This document shows, piece after piece, positions 47,558-57,118 of a DNA stretch of 64,000 nucleotides (its first letter is position 1; every line of letters starts with the position of its first letter). Both the position numbers and the translations under genes were made by a program. The stretch is taken from assembly GCA_963674745.2 (NCBI GenBank), contig CAXXDV010000003.1:2080001-2144000 (forward strand), in the 5' to 3' direction. The DNA is from Desulfosudaceae bacterium (GTDB lineage: Bacteria > Desulfobacterota > Desulfobacteria > Desulfobacterales > Desulfosudaceae). A model generated the notes under the pieces. The model did no database searches. It worked only from the letters and a program-made list of their open reading frames with translations, and was not told the origin of the DNA.

Positions 47558-49231
47558 CTACCTCGTGAATTGTCTTTCTATGTTAAAGCTTACGCTTCCC
47601 ATTGTATCAGCCCCAGACCTGCAGTCAATCCGATATCGACCGGGTGGCCAGCCATCTATCGGACGATGGATGACGAATCCGGCCTGACCGCTTTTTTGGG
47701 TGATGACCACAGGGAACTCCCGCAATATTGACCGCCTGCCTTCATCAAGAAAAACGCCCGTAATAATTGTCCCTGGCGTCATATCAAAGAAAGTGAACAA
47801 TACATATATCTGGTCGGTAAAAATGCTGAAATTCCTGACTGCCGGCACATCCGGTCCGGAAGGGCGTTCAGTGAGGGTATATATCTGACCGATTCTGCCC
47901 TTTTGCTCAGGGGGCGTACCGGTCATCCTGCCTGTTGCGGGCGTCTTTTCAGCGCTTTCCGGCCCGATGGGAACAGCAGCAGGTACACTGTTTTCGTCGT
48001 CTCCGGCTTGCAGCGAAAGGTTGAGCCAGGCCGCCCAGTCTTCACCGACATCGTCTCCACCACTGGTTGTCACCAGCCGGATTTCCCTGATACCGGTCAG
48101 ATCGACGGAAAACGGCCTGGCCGGTTGTTTGTGACGGATTGGCCCGCTGTCCCATAACCGTCTTCCGTCACCGAAAAGCATCATCTCGACCAGCCCGTTT
48201 TCACCGCAGTAGTCCAGGCAATCCACAATTGCCGCCCGACCGGAAAACCGCAGGGGGGAACCGTCATGCCGGTAGATGATCTCCGTGGGTTGATGCTGAC
48301 CGGGCACTGTCAGCCAACCGTTCTGTGTGTTTACACCCGATGCCAGGGTCCCCGGATTCCGGTTATAAGCGGCATGATCATGCAGGGGGATTACCCCGGC
48401 ATCTCCGCCGGGGACAACCACATCAGACAAACCATAGGGATCGCGCCAGGGTGACGGAGAAGTCCTGCTCAAACGATTACCGGTATCCCGGATCTCTTCT
48501 GCTGAAAGCGCCCGGTTATAGATGCGCAGCCAGCGGATATAGCCGTGAAAAAAGGCGTCGCTCACATCAGGTGTACCGCCGCCGATTCTCAGGCCGTCCC
48601 GCGTTCTGCGGATACCATCTGTCGAAAATTTCCCCGAGGCGGCTATTTCGCCATCCAGAAATGTCTTTAAGGTCCCTTCGGTACAATTTACGACAAAAGC
48701 GAATACCCGCTTTTTTGTGACACTCTCCGTTCTTGTATTAATGTATATATGGCCTATGCCGATCCGGTCATCCGGTGTCGCGGTTGTATGCAGAGAAGCA
48801 TTGTTGTGCAGCCAGACACTGAATTCACGATTATCGCTTTTAATGGCGTAAGTCGGCTGATCACCCTTCCAGACAATATTCTGCCATGTTTTTTTGGCAA
48901 AAGACGCTGGCAGAATCTCTCCCATGACCGTAATGGCCGTATCGGAATGAAGGGTTTCCCCTCCCTTGACCCGTATAAAGTCATCTTCACCGTCAAAATA
49001 AAGGCCGGTATCCCCGGTCCATAACGGTCCCATCAACTGGCCGGTATAGCCACTGCCGGAAAGATCGTCCACGTTGAACCCCTCAGGCGCCCGGGTAAAG
49101 TCATACCACAGGATCAGCCCCTGGTCGGGATTATTGTCATCCCCGGCAAAACAGGGTATAGGCCCGGTCGGGGATGCGGCCATAAAAAGAAAGCCGAGCA
49201 GAATGAACGGGATTAATACGATTTTTCTCAT
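47558..49231 (-). CDS. Secreted LamG-like jellyroll + NPCBM/NEW2 domain protein
   Basis: Signal peptide; D.SG.G..G, YFDG.DDF, FHG.I...RIYNRALSAEEI (LamG); GDG..LWDSG...VDLTG.REIRL...DWAAW (NPCBM). Confidence 0.75.
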   Translation of the reverse strand: MRKIVLIPFILLGFLFMAASPTGPIPCFAGDDNNPDQGLILWYDFTRAPEGFNVDDLSGSGYTGQLMGPLWTGDTGLYFDGEDDFIRVKGGETLHSDTAITVMGEILPASFAKKTWQNIVWKGDQPTYAIKSDNREFSVWLHNNASLHTTATPDDRIGIGHIYINTRTESVTKKRVFAFVVNCTEGTLKTFLDGEIAASGKFSTDGIRRTRDGLRIGGGTPDVSDAFFHGYIRWLRIYNRALSAEEIRDTGNRLSRTSPSPWRDPYGLSDVVVPGGDAGVIPLHDHAAYNRNPGTLASGVNTQNGWLTVPGQHQPTEIIYRHDGSPLRFSGRAAIVDCLDYCGENGLVEMMLFGDGRRLWDSGPIRHKQPARPFSVDLTGIREIRLVTTSGGDDVGEDWAAWLNLSLQAGDDENSVPAAVPIGPESAEKTPATGRMTGTPPEQKGRIGQIYTLTERPSGPDVPAVRNFSIFTDQIYVLFTFFDMTPGTIITGVFLDEGRRSILREFPVVITQKSGQAGFVIHRPIDGWPPGRYRIDCRSGADTMGSVSFNIERQFTR

Positions 49232-49289
49232 TTTCACCGACAACCGGAAACCGAAAGAAATCTGAAAAAAAGGCCGGCCCTTAAAGGGG

Positions 49290-50654
49290 TCACCGCGCTT
49301 TAAAATAGGCATCCACCAGCTGTTCCGCCAGACCGGTATATGTATCACAGGTCAAGGTTCTCAAACGGGCTTTGAATTCCTCCGGCACCTTCTCCAGCGA
49401 AGCGATCAGGCCATTAAAGGCATCGGTCGTTACCGTCTGCCCCCGGGTCAGGGCCTTGAGCTTTTCATACGGATCGTCTTCGCCGAACATCCGCATGACG
49501 GTCTGAACCGGTTCTGCCAGAAGTGCCGGATGATGCTCCAGATCGCTCAATATGACCGTTGGATTGACATTGATTTTTCCCAGCCCTTTCAGGCTGTTTT
49601 TAATACCGATGAGAAAATATCCGAAAACAGCCCCCAGGTTTCGCAGCACCGTGCTGTCGGAAAGATCCCGCTGAAAACGTGATTGCAGCAGCTTCACGGA
49701 AAGGTGAGACATCAGGGAAATGGCCACGCCCAGGTTGCCTTCACTGTTCTCAAAGTCAATGGGATTGATTTTGTGGGGCATGGTAGACGAGCCGACCTCT
49801 CCTGGTTTCAGCTTCTGAGTAAAGTAGCCCAGGGAGATATAGCCCCACATATCACGATCCAGGTCGATTAAGGCGGCTGAAATTCGTGTCATGATCTGCA
49901 GCAGTTCCGAAATATAGTGGTAAGGATTGATCTGAGTCGTAAACAGCAACGGCTCTGCGCCCAGATAATCCGCTACAAACCGCTGAGAAGCCCCGACCCA
50001 GTCAATGTCCGGAAAGGCTGCCAGGTGAGCGTTAAAATTACCTGAAGCACCGTTTATTTTGGAATGAATTTCAGCTTCTTGAAATTTTTTCAGTTCCCGC
50101 CGGAGGCGCCATGAAAAATTGACGAACTCTTTCCCCAGAGTCGTCGGAGTGGCCGGCTGGCCATGGGTTCTGGCCATCATCGGCAAAGACTTATTGGCCA
50201 GTGCCAGTTCTTCCAGAATTGTCAGCAGTTCCGCCAGCGCCCTGGCCACCACAACCCGGCCCTCTTTGATCATCAGGCCGTAAGCCGAATTATTGATATC
50301 CTCGGAAGTACAGGCAAAATGGGTCCATTCCCTGATACCGGACAACCCTGCGGCATCCAGTTCCTGTTTAATATAGTACTCGACTGCTTTTACGTCGTGA
50401 TTGGTTGTTTTCTCAATATCTTTAACCGCTTGCGCGCTTTTAACATCAAAGGCACGGCCGATGGCCTCAATCTTCTCCGCGTCTTCTGCCGACAAATCAA
50501 ACAGGCGCAGGTCCTGCCCCAGGAATCTCAACCATTGCAGTTCCACAAACACCCGGTTCCGGATCAGGCCGGCCTCGGAAAAAATATTCACCAGATCAAC
50601 CGTCATGGCGGCGTATCGGCCGTCCAGGACGGACAGAGCGGTCAGTGCGTCCAT
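49290..50654 (-). CDS. purB: Adenylosuccinate lyase
   Basis: LDGRY, TTNHDVKAVEY, RTHGQPATPTT, GSSTMPHKINPIDFENSEGN. Confidence 0.97.
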   Translation of the reverse strand: MDALTALSVLDGRYAAMTVDLVNIFSEAGLIRNRVFVELQWLRFLGQDLRLFDLSAEDAEKIEAIGRAFDVKSAQAVKDIEKTTNHDVKAVEYYIKQELDAAGLSGIREWTHFACTSEDINNSAYGLMIKEGRVVVARALAELLTILEELALANKSLPMMARTHGQPATPTTLGKEFVNFSWRLRRELKKFQEAEIHSKINGASGNFNAHLAAFPDIDWVGASQRFVADYLGAEPLLFTTQINPYHYISELLQIMTRISAALIDLDRDMWGYISLGYFTQKLKPGEVGSSTMPHKINPIDFENSEGNLGVAISLMSHLSVKLLQSRFQRDLSDSTVLRNLGAVFGYFLIGIKNSLKGLGKINVNPTVILSDLEHHPALLAEPVQTVMRMFGEDDPYEKLKALTRGQTVTTDAFNGLIASLEKVPEEFKARLRTLTCDTYTGLAEQLVDAYFKAR

Positions 50655-50711
50655 TGTGCCTCCATTAAGTTATTACCAGGTATTGCCCCTGGAATCGGCC
50701 CTTAACACCTG

Positions 50712-50954
50712 AGGGTTCGAGGATTCAAGGATTCGAGGGGTCGAGGTTTCTATTATGATTCAAAGGTTTTTTTTAACGTTCAACAGGCTTCATTTATGTC
50801 TGCAATCTGTTTTCAGGTGCGAACGGCTATATTCCTCATTTGACAATTTACGAATCTGGGAAAAGCACAATATGTGGTTTGCTGTTTGCCAAACCACCAT
50901 TTTTGGTTCATGGGGACGTCACTTGAACCCTTGAACCCTTGAACCCTTGAACCC
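50712..50954. repeat. Inverted octamer tracts (AGGRTTCR)x5 ... (CTTGAACC)x4 flanking ~170 bp
   Basis: agggttcg aggattca aggattcg aggggtcg aggtttc at 50712-50750; cttgaacc x4 at 50922-50953. Confidence 0.8.
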
Positions 50955-50956
50955 TA

Positions 50957-51757
50957 TTAGTATCCCAGCAAATCAGCATACCACATTACCAGCTCCGGGC
51001 CGAAAAAAACATACAGAATCGCCCCCAGGGCCAGAAAAGGGCCATAGGGTATGGCGACTTTCATATTTTTATGATACACCGCCATAACGACAAAGCCCAC
51101 CAGCGTTCCGGCGGCGGAACTGACCAGAATGGTAAAAAAAACGCCGACCCAGCCGCACCAGGCACCGATCATGGCCAGCAACTTGACATCTCCGCCACCC
51201 AGGCCCTCGACCCCGGTCAACAGTTTATACCCTACCGCCACCACATACAGACTGCCGCCGCCGAAGACAATTCCCAGCAGTGACGCCTTCCATGACATGC
51301 CCTGAATGAACACCGAGGCCAGAAAGGTTATCACAATCCCGGGCAGTGTGATGATGTCAGGTATGATCCAATGGTCAAGGTCGATGAAGACGACCACGAT
51401 CAAAGCGGCAATAAAAGCGAACAGAAAAATGCCTTCAGCAGTTAAACCGGACTTGTTAAATACGGCCAGGGCCGATAGACCGGTCATGAGCTCTACCAGG
51501 GGATACCGAAACGAGATAGGCAGACCGCAACTCCGGCAACGACCGGCGAGCAACAGGTAGCTGATAATGGGAATATTGTGATAGGCTTTAATCTTACGGT
51601 CGCACTGGGGGCAGGCAGAGGGCGGAAAAACGATCGATTTACCCAGAGGCAGCCGGTAAATGCAAACATTCAGAAAACTGCCCAGAATGGTTCCGAACAC
51701 AAAAACAAATATTTTTACAGTAAGTTCCGGCACTTTTTCACTCTCTTCAGATATCAC
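50957..51757 (-). CDS. pilD: Type IV prepilin peptidase
   Basis: GSFLNVCIYRLP, CPQC/CRSC, FIDL, GGGDVKL, PYGPFL; start may be the GTG at 51733. Confidence 0.93.
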   Translation of the reverse strand: MISEESEKVPELTVKIFVFVFGTILGSFLNVCIYRLPLGKSIVFPPSACPQCDRKIKAYHNIPIISYLLLAGRCRSCGLPISFRYPLVELMTGLSALAVFNKSGLTAEGIFLFAFIAALIVVVFIDLDHWIIPDIITLPGIVITFLASVFIQGMSWKASLLGIVFGGGSLYVVAVGYKLLTGVEGLGGGDVKLLAMIGAWCGWVGVFFTILVSSAAGTLVGFVVMAVYHKNMKVAIPYGPFLALGAILYVFFGPELVMWYADLLGY

Positions 51758-52025
51758 CAGGACAATTTTTTAATATTACGGGCATAATACGAAAAAAGCA
51801 AGATGATGACTTCTTTATGAAAATAAAAAACTGAGGCCAGCACATCAAAAAAAACGCCTATAGAGTTAAATTAATTATCAATATCAAAACCTTATTGCCA
51901 TTCAAAGCCAGAGGGTGGCTGGCGGAGACTTATATCAGTCCTTTACAAGACCTTCAAAATTGACATTGTAAAAATCAAAAGAAGCATTATAATTAAGAGA
52001 TTAATATAGATAAGGAAGGATAACC

Positions 52026-54437
52026 ATGGGCGAAACCGATAAAGACGACCTAATAAATATCATTGAAGAACAGGAACTTGACCCTGACCTGCCGACGAAG
52101 CTGCCGCTTCTGCCGGTTCGGGATGTGGTCATATTCACGGACATGGTTCTGCCGCTGTTTATCGGCCGCGAACGGTCCATTCAGGCCGTGGAAGCGGCCA
52201 TGTCAACCAGTGATAAATATATTCTGCTGGCCGCGCAGAAGGATCCCGCCGACGAAGTACCGTCTCAGGATGAAATCTATCAGATCGGTACGGTGGGCAA
52301 AATCCTGCGCATGCTGAAACTGCCGGACGGTCATCTGAAAACGCTGGTGCAGGGTATTGCCAAAGCCAAAATCATCGAATACGTGGACTCAACAGAAGGT
52401 TACTTGGTCAATATTGAAGTTATCAAGGAAACACCTCTGGATGAAATCGATATTCAGACCGAAGCACTGATGCGGACCGTCCGGGAGCAGTGCGAAAAGA
52501 TTCTGACCTTAAGAGGAGAGATGTCGTCTGAAATCGACACTATCCTGGAAAGCATGGAAGAGCCCGGGAAACTGGCCGATCTCATCTCCTCCAACCTTAA
52601 ACTTAAAATTGAAGAGGCCCAGGAACTTCTGGAAATAATTGACCCGCTTGAACGATTGGCCCGAATCAATGAAACCCTTTCCCGGGAAATCGACCTGTCT
52701 ACGATCCAGGCCAGGATTCATTCCAACGTCAAGGATGAGATATTTAAGACCCAGCGGGATTACTATTTAAGAGAACAGATGCGCGCCATCCACAAAGAGC
52801 TGGGTGAATCAGACGAACGTACCGTTGAGATAAACGAATATAAGCAGCGCATTAAAAAGGCAAAAATGCCCAAACATGCCAAGCAGGAGGCGGATAAACA
52901 GTTAAAACGGCTGGGACAGATGCATCCGGATTCAGCTGAAGCTTCCATTGTCCGGACATATCTTGACTGGATGGTTGATATTCCCTGGCACCATACCACC
53001 AAAGACGTTCTGGACATCAAGAAGGCCAAGTCCGTCCTGGATGAAGACCACTATGGACTGGAAAATGTCAAAGACCGCATCCTTGAATATCTCAGTGTCC
53101 GCAAACTGAATCCACAGATGAAAGGGCCGATTCTATGTTTTATCGGCTCCCCCGGCGTGGGCAAAACATCCCTGGGACGATCCATTGCCCGGGCCATGGA
53201 AAGAAAATTCGTGCGTGTCTCCCTGGGCGGTATCCGGGACGAAGCTGAAATCCGCGGTCATCGGCGGACATATATCGGCGCCCTGCCCGGCCGTATTATC
53301 CAGGGCCTGAAACAGGCCGGATCCAAAAACCCCGTGTTTATCATGGATGAAATCGACAAACTGGGTGCGGATTTCAGGGGCGATCCGTCCGCGGCCCTGC
53401 TTGAAGCACTGGATCCGGAGCAAAACGCGGAATTCAGCGACCATTACCTGAATATCCCTTTTGATCTGTCAAAGGTGCTTTTTATTCTCACGGCCAACCA
53501 GCATGACAGCATCCCTTCGGCCCTGTATGATCGTATGGAAATCATCAATATTCCGGGTTACACAGAAGAAGAGAAAAAGATAATCGCCGAAAAATATCTG
53601 CTGCCACGGCAGCTAAAAGAAAACGGTCTGAAGAAAAAACAGGTCTCCTTCAGCGGCCAGGCTGTTTTAAAAATAATCAACCAGTACACGGCCGAAGCCG
53701 GGTTGCGCAACCTGGAACGGGAACTCGGAGCGGTCTGCCGGAAAATCGCCCGGAAAATTGCCGAAGGTGAAAAGACAACCCTGGTTGTCAATGCTGCCAA
53801 CCTGCACAAGTATATCGGTATTCCCAAATTTATCCCCGAGCTTGATCAGGAGGAAAGTCAGGTTGGTCTTTCAACCGGCCTGGCCTGGACTCAGAGCGGC
53901 GGAGAAGCCATGTATGTCGAGGTATCCCTGTTCCCCGGCAAGGGCGAACTGATATTGACCGGTCAACTGGGTGAAGTCATGCAGGAATCGGCCCGGGCCG
54001 CATTGACCTACGCCAAGGCGAACCTGAAATTATTCGGGCTCAAACCGGCCGGTCTTGAGAACACCGATATTCATATTCACGTGCCGGCAGGCTCCATCCC
54101 CAAAGACGGGCCATCGGCAGGTGTCGCCATTGCCACAGCACTGCTTTCCGCTCTGACCGGATCACCGGTCAATAATGATGTGGCAATGACCGGAGAAATA
54201 ACGCTGAGGGGGAGGGTGTTGCCCGTCGGTGGACTGAAGGAGAAAACCCTGGGCGCCCTGAGGGCAGGCATAAAGACGATCCTCGTACCGGAAAAAAACC
54301 GAAAGGAAATTTCGGAAATACCCAAGGCCATCAGGCGAAAAGTAAAATTCCTGTTTGTCGACAGCATGGACAAGGTCCTTCCTGTCGCCTTAAAACAGAA
54401 ACCGGCCAAAAAAAGTGCCCGAAAAAAAACAAAATGA
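52026..54437 (+). CDS. lon: ATP-dependent Lon protease
   Basis: LPLLPVRD, GSPGVGKTS, RGHRRTYIG, PKDGPSAG, GGLKEK. Confidence 0.97.
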   Translation: MGETDKDDLINIIEEQELDPDLPTKLPLLPVRDVVIFTDMVLPLFIGRERSIQAVEAAMSTSDKYILLAAQKDPADEVPSQDEIYQIGTVGKILRMLKLPDGHLKTLVQGIAKAKIIEYVDSTEGYLVNIEVIKETPLDEIDIQTEALMRTVREQCEKILTLRGEMSSEIDTILESMEEPGKLADLISSNLKLKIEEAQELLEIIDPLERLARINETLSREIDLSTIQARIHSNVKDEIFKTQRDYYLREQMRAIHKELGESDERTVEINEYKQRIKKAKMPKHAKQEADKQLKRLGQMHPDSAEASIVRTYLDWMVDIPWHHTTKDVLDIKKAKSVLDEDHYGLENVKDRILEYLSVRKLNPQMKGPILCFIGSPGVGKTSLGRSIARAMERKFVRVSLGGIRDEAEIRGHRRTYIGALPGRIIQGLKQAGSKNPVFIMDEIDKLGADFRGDPSAALLEALDPEQNAEFSDHYLNIPFDLSKVLFILTANQHDSIPSALYDRMEIINIPGYTEEEKKIIAEKYLLPRQLKENGLKKKQVSFSGQAVLKIINQYTAEAGLRNLERELGAVCRKIARKIAEGEKTTLVVNAANLHKYIGIPKFIPELDQEESQVGLSTGLAWTQSGGEAMYVEVSLFPGKGELILTGQLGEVMQESARAALTYAKANLKLFGLKPAGLENTDIHIHVPAGSIPKDGPSAGVAIATALLSALTGSPVNNDVAMTGEITLRGRVLPVGGLKEKTLGALRAGIKTILVPEKNRKEISEIPKAIRRKVKFLFVDSMDKVLPVALKQKPAKKSARKKTK

Positions 54438-55135
54438 AAATTCTGGCCGTCAATACAGCCACCCCCAGTTGCGGCGCAGCCGTTATTGACGAAGGCACTA
54501 TTTCCGCCCATTTTGTCGTTAACAGTCGTGAAACACACGCCCGCCAGCTGCTGCCCCTGATTGACCGGACGCTGGAGACATGCCGCCTGTCGGTAAATGA
54601 TCTGGACGGACTTGCGGCCGTACGCGGGCCCGGCAGTTTTACCGGCCTGCGCATCGGGATCAGCACCGTCAAAGGGCTGGCCCTGGCCTGCGATAAACCC
54701 CTGGTGGGAATATCCAGCCTGGACGCGCTGGCCTACCCTTTTTCCGACTATACCGGTTTAATCTGTTCCCTGATCGATGCCCGGAAAAATGAAGTTTATG
54801 CCTGCTGGTACCGGCACATCAACAGCAGCATGGAAAAGCTAACGGCCGAGGAAGTACTTGATCCGGAAAAAGCGGCCCTCAGAGAAGACGGCCCCTGCCT
54901 GTTTGTCGGTACCGGCGCCCTGGTTTACCGGGATCTGATCAAAAAAACCGCCGGCAGCAAAGCCCTTTTTGCACCGGCCTACCAGAACGACATCCGGCCG
55001 GAGGTACTGGCCCATATGGCCCTCGCGCTTTTCCGGGAAAGCGACACATACCCGCCGGAAAGTTTCATCCCGGTATATATCCGGCCGCCGGACGCCGTTG
55101 CCGCCAGGCCGAAGGTGCCGTTTGATAATAGTTGA
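54434..55135 (+). CDS. tsaB: tRNA t6A biosynthesis protein TsaB
   Basis: ILAVNTAT, GPGSFTGLRIG, IDARKNEVY, P.YIR. Confidence 0.94.
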   Translation: MKILAVNTATPSCGAAVIDEGTISAHFVVNSRETHARQLLPLIDRTLETCRLSVNDLDGLAAVRGPGSFTGLRIGISTVKGLALACDKPLVGISSLDALAYPFSDYTGLICSLIDARKNEVYACWYRHINSSMEKLTAEEVLDPEKAALREDGPCLFVGTGALVYRDLIKKTAGSKALFAPAYQNDIRPEVLAHMALALFRESDTYPPESFIPVYIRPPDAVAARPKVPFDNS

Positions 55136-55203
55136 CATGTTCAAAAAGGCATGTTTTTCTAAAAAATTTAACTATCAAAATAATTATAATTGGATAAATA
55201 AAG

Positions 55204-57078
55204 ATGCCCCATCAAGACTGGCTGAATCAGTACTGCAAAGGTAAAGTCATCAGCGCCGAAAAAGCGATTTCGAATATTAAAAGCGGTGACCGGGTATTTA
55301 TCGGCACCGGTTGCGGAGAACCTCAGCATCTAATTAAAACCATGGTCTGTGATCAGACGATTCAGGACATCATGGTCTACCAGATGCTGTCTTCGACTTT
55401 CGCCCAGTTTGTGGAGGATGAATCGTTTTTGAGACGGTTTTTTCTCAAACTGTTTTTTATCAGCCGGGACATGCGCCAGGCCGCTTTTAACGGTAAAATT
55501 GAATATATTCCGGCCTATCTGTCCCAGATCCCCAGCCTGTTCGCCAGCCGTGCCATCGGCCTGGATGTGGCCCTGATCCAGGTCAGCCCGCCGGACAGCT
55601 TCGGCTACTGCAGCCTGGGGGTGTCGGTTGACATCACCAAGGCCGGTACCGAAAACGCCAAGCTGGTCATCGCCCAGGTCAATCGAAATATGCCCATGAC
55701 CTATGGTGACGGCTTTATTCACGTCGATGACATTGATTACCTGGTACTGCATGATGAACCCCTGGTGGTCGGCTTCCGCGAATCCCGGGAGAATGTGATC
55801 TCACAACGCATCGGTTTTTATGTTTCCCAACTGGTCCCCGACGGTGCCACCCTTCAGATAGGGTTCGGGGCCCTGCCCAATGATATTCTGAAACATCTGG
55901 AGAACAAAAAGGACCTGGGGCTGCACACGCAGCTGATCACAGACGGTATGATACCCCTGTTTAAGAAAAAAATCATAAACAATAAAAAGAAGACCCTGCT
56001 TCCGGGTCGGGCCGTGGCTTCCCTGTGCATGGGTACCCCGGAACTTTATGCGTATGTGAACAAAAATCCGCAATTTCTTTTTCGTTCTTCGGAATTTGTC
56101 AACGACCCCACGGTCATTGCCAGAAACGACAAGTTGATTTCCATCAGTTCGGCTTTGGAAGTCGACCTGACCGGTCAGGTCTGTTCGGACTCGGTGGGCT
56201 ATCATTTTTACAGCGGCATCGGTGATCAGGTTGATTTTTTGAGGGGCAGCGCCATGTCCCGCGGCGGGTTTTCGATCATCGCCCTGCCCTCCACCGCGCA
56301 GAAGGGACAGGTTTCACGAATTGTCTCCCACCTCAGCGAAGGCGCCGGGGTGGCCACCACCAGGGGGGATATCAACTTCGTCGTCACGGAATACGGCATT
56401 GCCGAACTCCATGGCAAGGGAATTTACCAACGGACCATGGAACTGGCGCAGATCGCCCACCCCAAATTCCGGGAAGAACTGATCAACGTCGCCAAGAAGC
56501 ACCACTATATCTTTGCCGACCAGTTGCCGCCCATCCAGGAAGACCTGATCTTTCTGGAAGATTACAAAAGCACCCTCAAGCTCAAGGACGACAGAACCGT
56601 GGAGATTCGTCCGATTCTGCCGTCAGACGAGTTCGGCTACCGAAACTTTTATTATTCCCTGAAAGGGGAAACCATCTATTACCGGTTTTTTCACAAAAAA
56701 CGCATCTTTTCCCATGCCATGCTTCAGAAGCAGTGGTCGGCCGTGGACTATCGTAAAAATATGTCGCTGGTCGGCCTGGTCCGGGAAAAAGGCCGCAAGG
56801 AATTTATGGCCATTGCCTCTTATGCCAAAGCGGATGACGACGGACGGGCTGAAGTCGCCTTTGTTGTACGCGAAGACTACCAGGGCAAGGGAATTACCAG
56901 CTACATGCTGGAACAGCTGGAAAAAATAGCCATCGAAAACGGTTATAAAGGGTTTTCCGCAACCGTCCTGGCGGACAATACCGCCATGCTGCATATTTTT
57001 AAAAAGCGGTACCCCCACGCCACGTTTTTCCGGGAAGGCGGCAATGAAATCATCATCACCATGGATTTCAAAAAGTAG
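55204..57078 (+). CDS. Acetyl-CoA hydrolase/4-hydroxybutyrate CoA-transferase-like domain fused to a C-terminal GNAT acetyltransferase
   Basis: DVALIQVSPPD, GATLQIG, EVDLTGQVC, SGIGDQVDF, VTEYG; GNAT IRPI...AEVAFVVREDYQGKGI...N.AM. Confidence 0.9.
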   Translation: MPHQDWLNQYCKGKVISAEKAISNIKSGDRVFIGTGCGEPQHLIKTMVCDQTIQDIMVYQMLSSTFAQFVEDESFLRRFFLKLFFISRDMRQAAFNGKIEYIPAYLSQIPSLFASRAIGLDVALIQVSPPDSFGYCSLGVSVDITKAGTENAKLVIAQVNRNMPMTYGDGFIHVDDIDYLVLHDEPLVVGFRESRENVISQRIGFYVSQLVPDGATLQIGFGALPNDILKHLENKKDLGLHTQLITDGMIPLFKKKIINNKKKTLLPGRAVASLCMGTPELYAYVNKNPQFLFRSSEFVNDPTVIARNDKLISISSALEVDLTGQVCSDSVGYHFYSGIGDQVDFLRGSAMSRGGFSIIALPSTAQKGQVSRIVSHLSEGAGVATTRGDINFVVTEYGIAELHGKGIYQRTMELAQIAHPKFREELINVAKKHHYIFADQLPPIQEDLIFLEDYKSTLKLKDDRTVEIRPILPSDEFGYRNFYYSLKGETIYYRFFHKKRIFSHAMLQKQWSAVDYRKNMSLVGLVREKGRKEFMAIASYAKADDDGRAEVAFVVREDYQGKGITSYMLEQLEKIAIENGYKGFSATVLADNTAMLHIFKKRYPHATFFREGGNEIIITMDFKK

Positions 57079-57091
57079 GGGTTGCCCCTAC
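57075..57091. repeat. Collapsed REP palindrome overlapping a stop codon
   Basis: GTAGGGG-TTG-CCCCTAC; both ends match the REPIN termini. Confidence 0.55.
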
Positions 57092-57118
57092 TCGCCCGGA
57101 GGGTAAAATATTCGCCCT

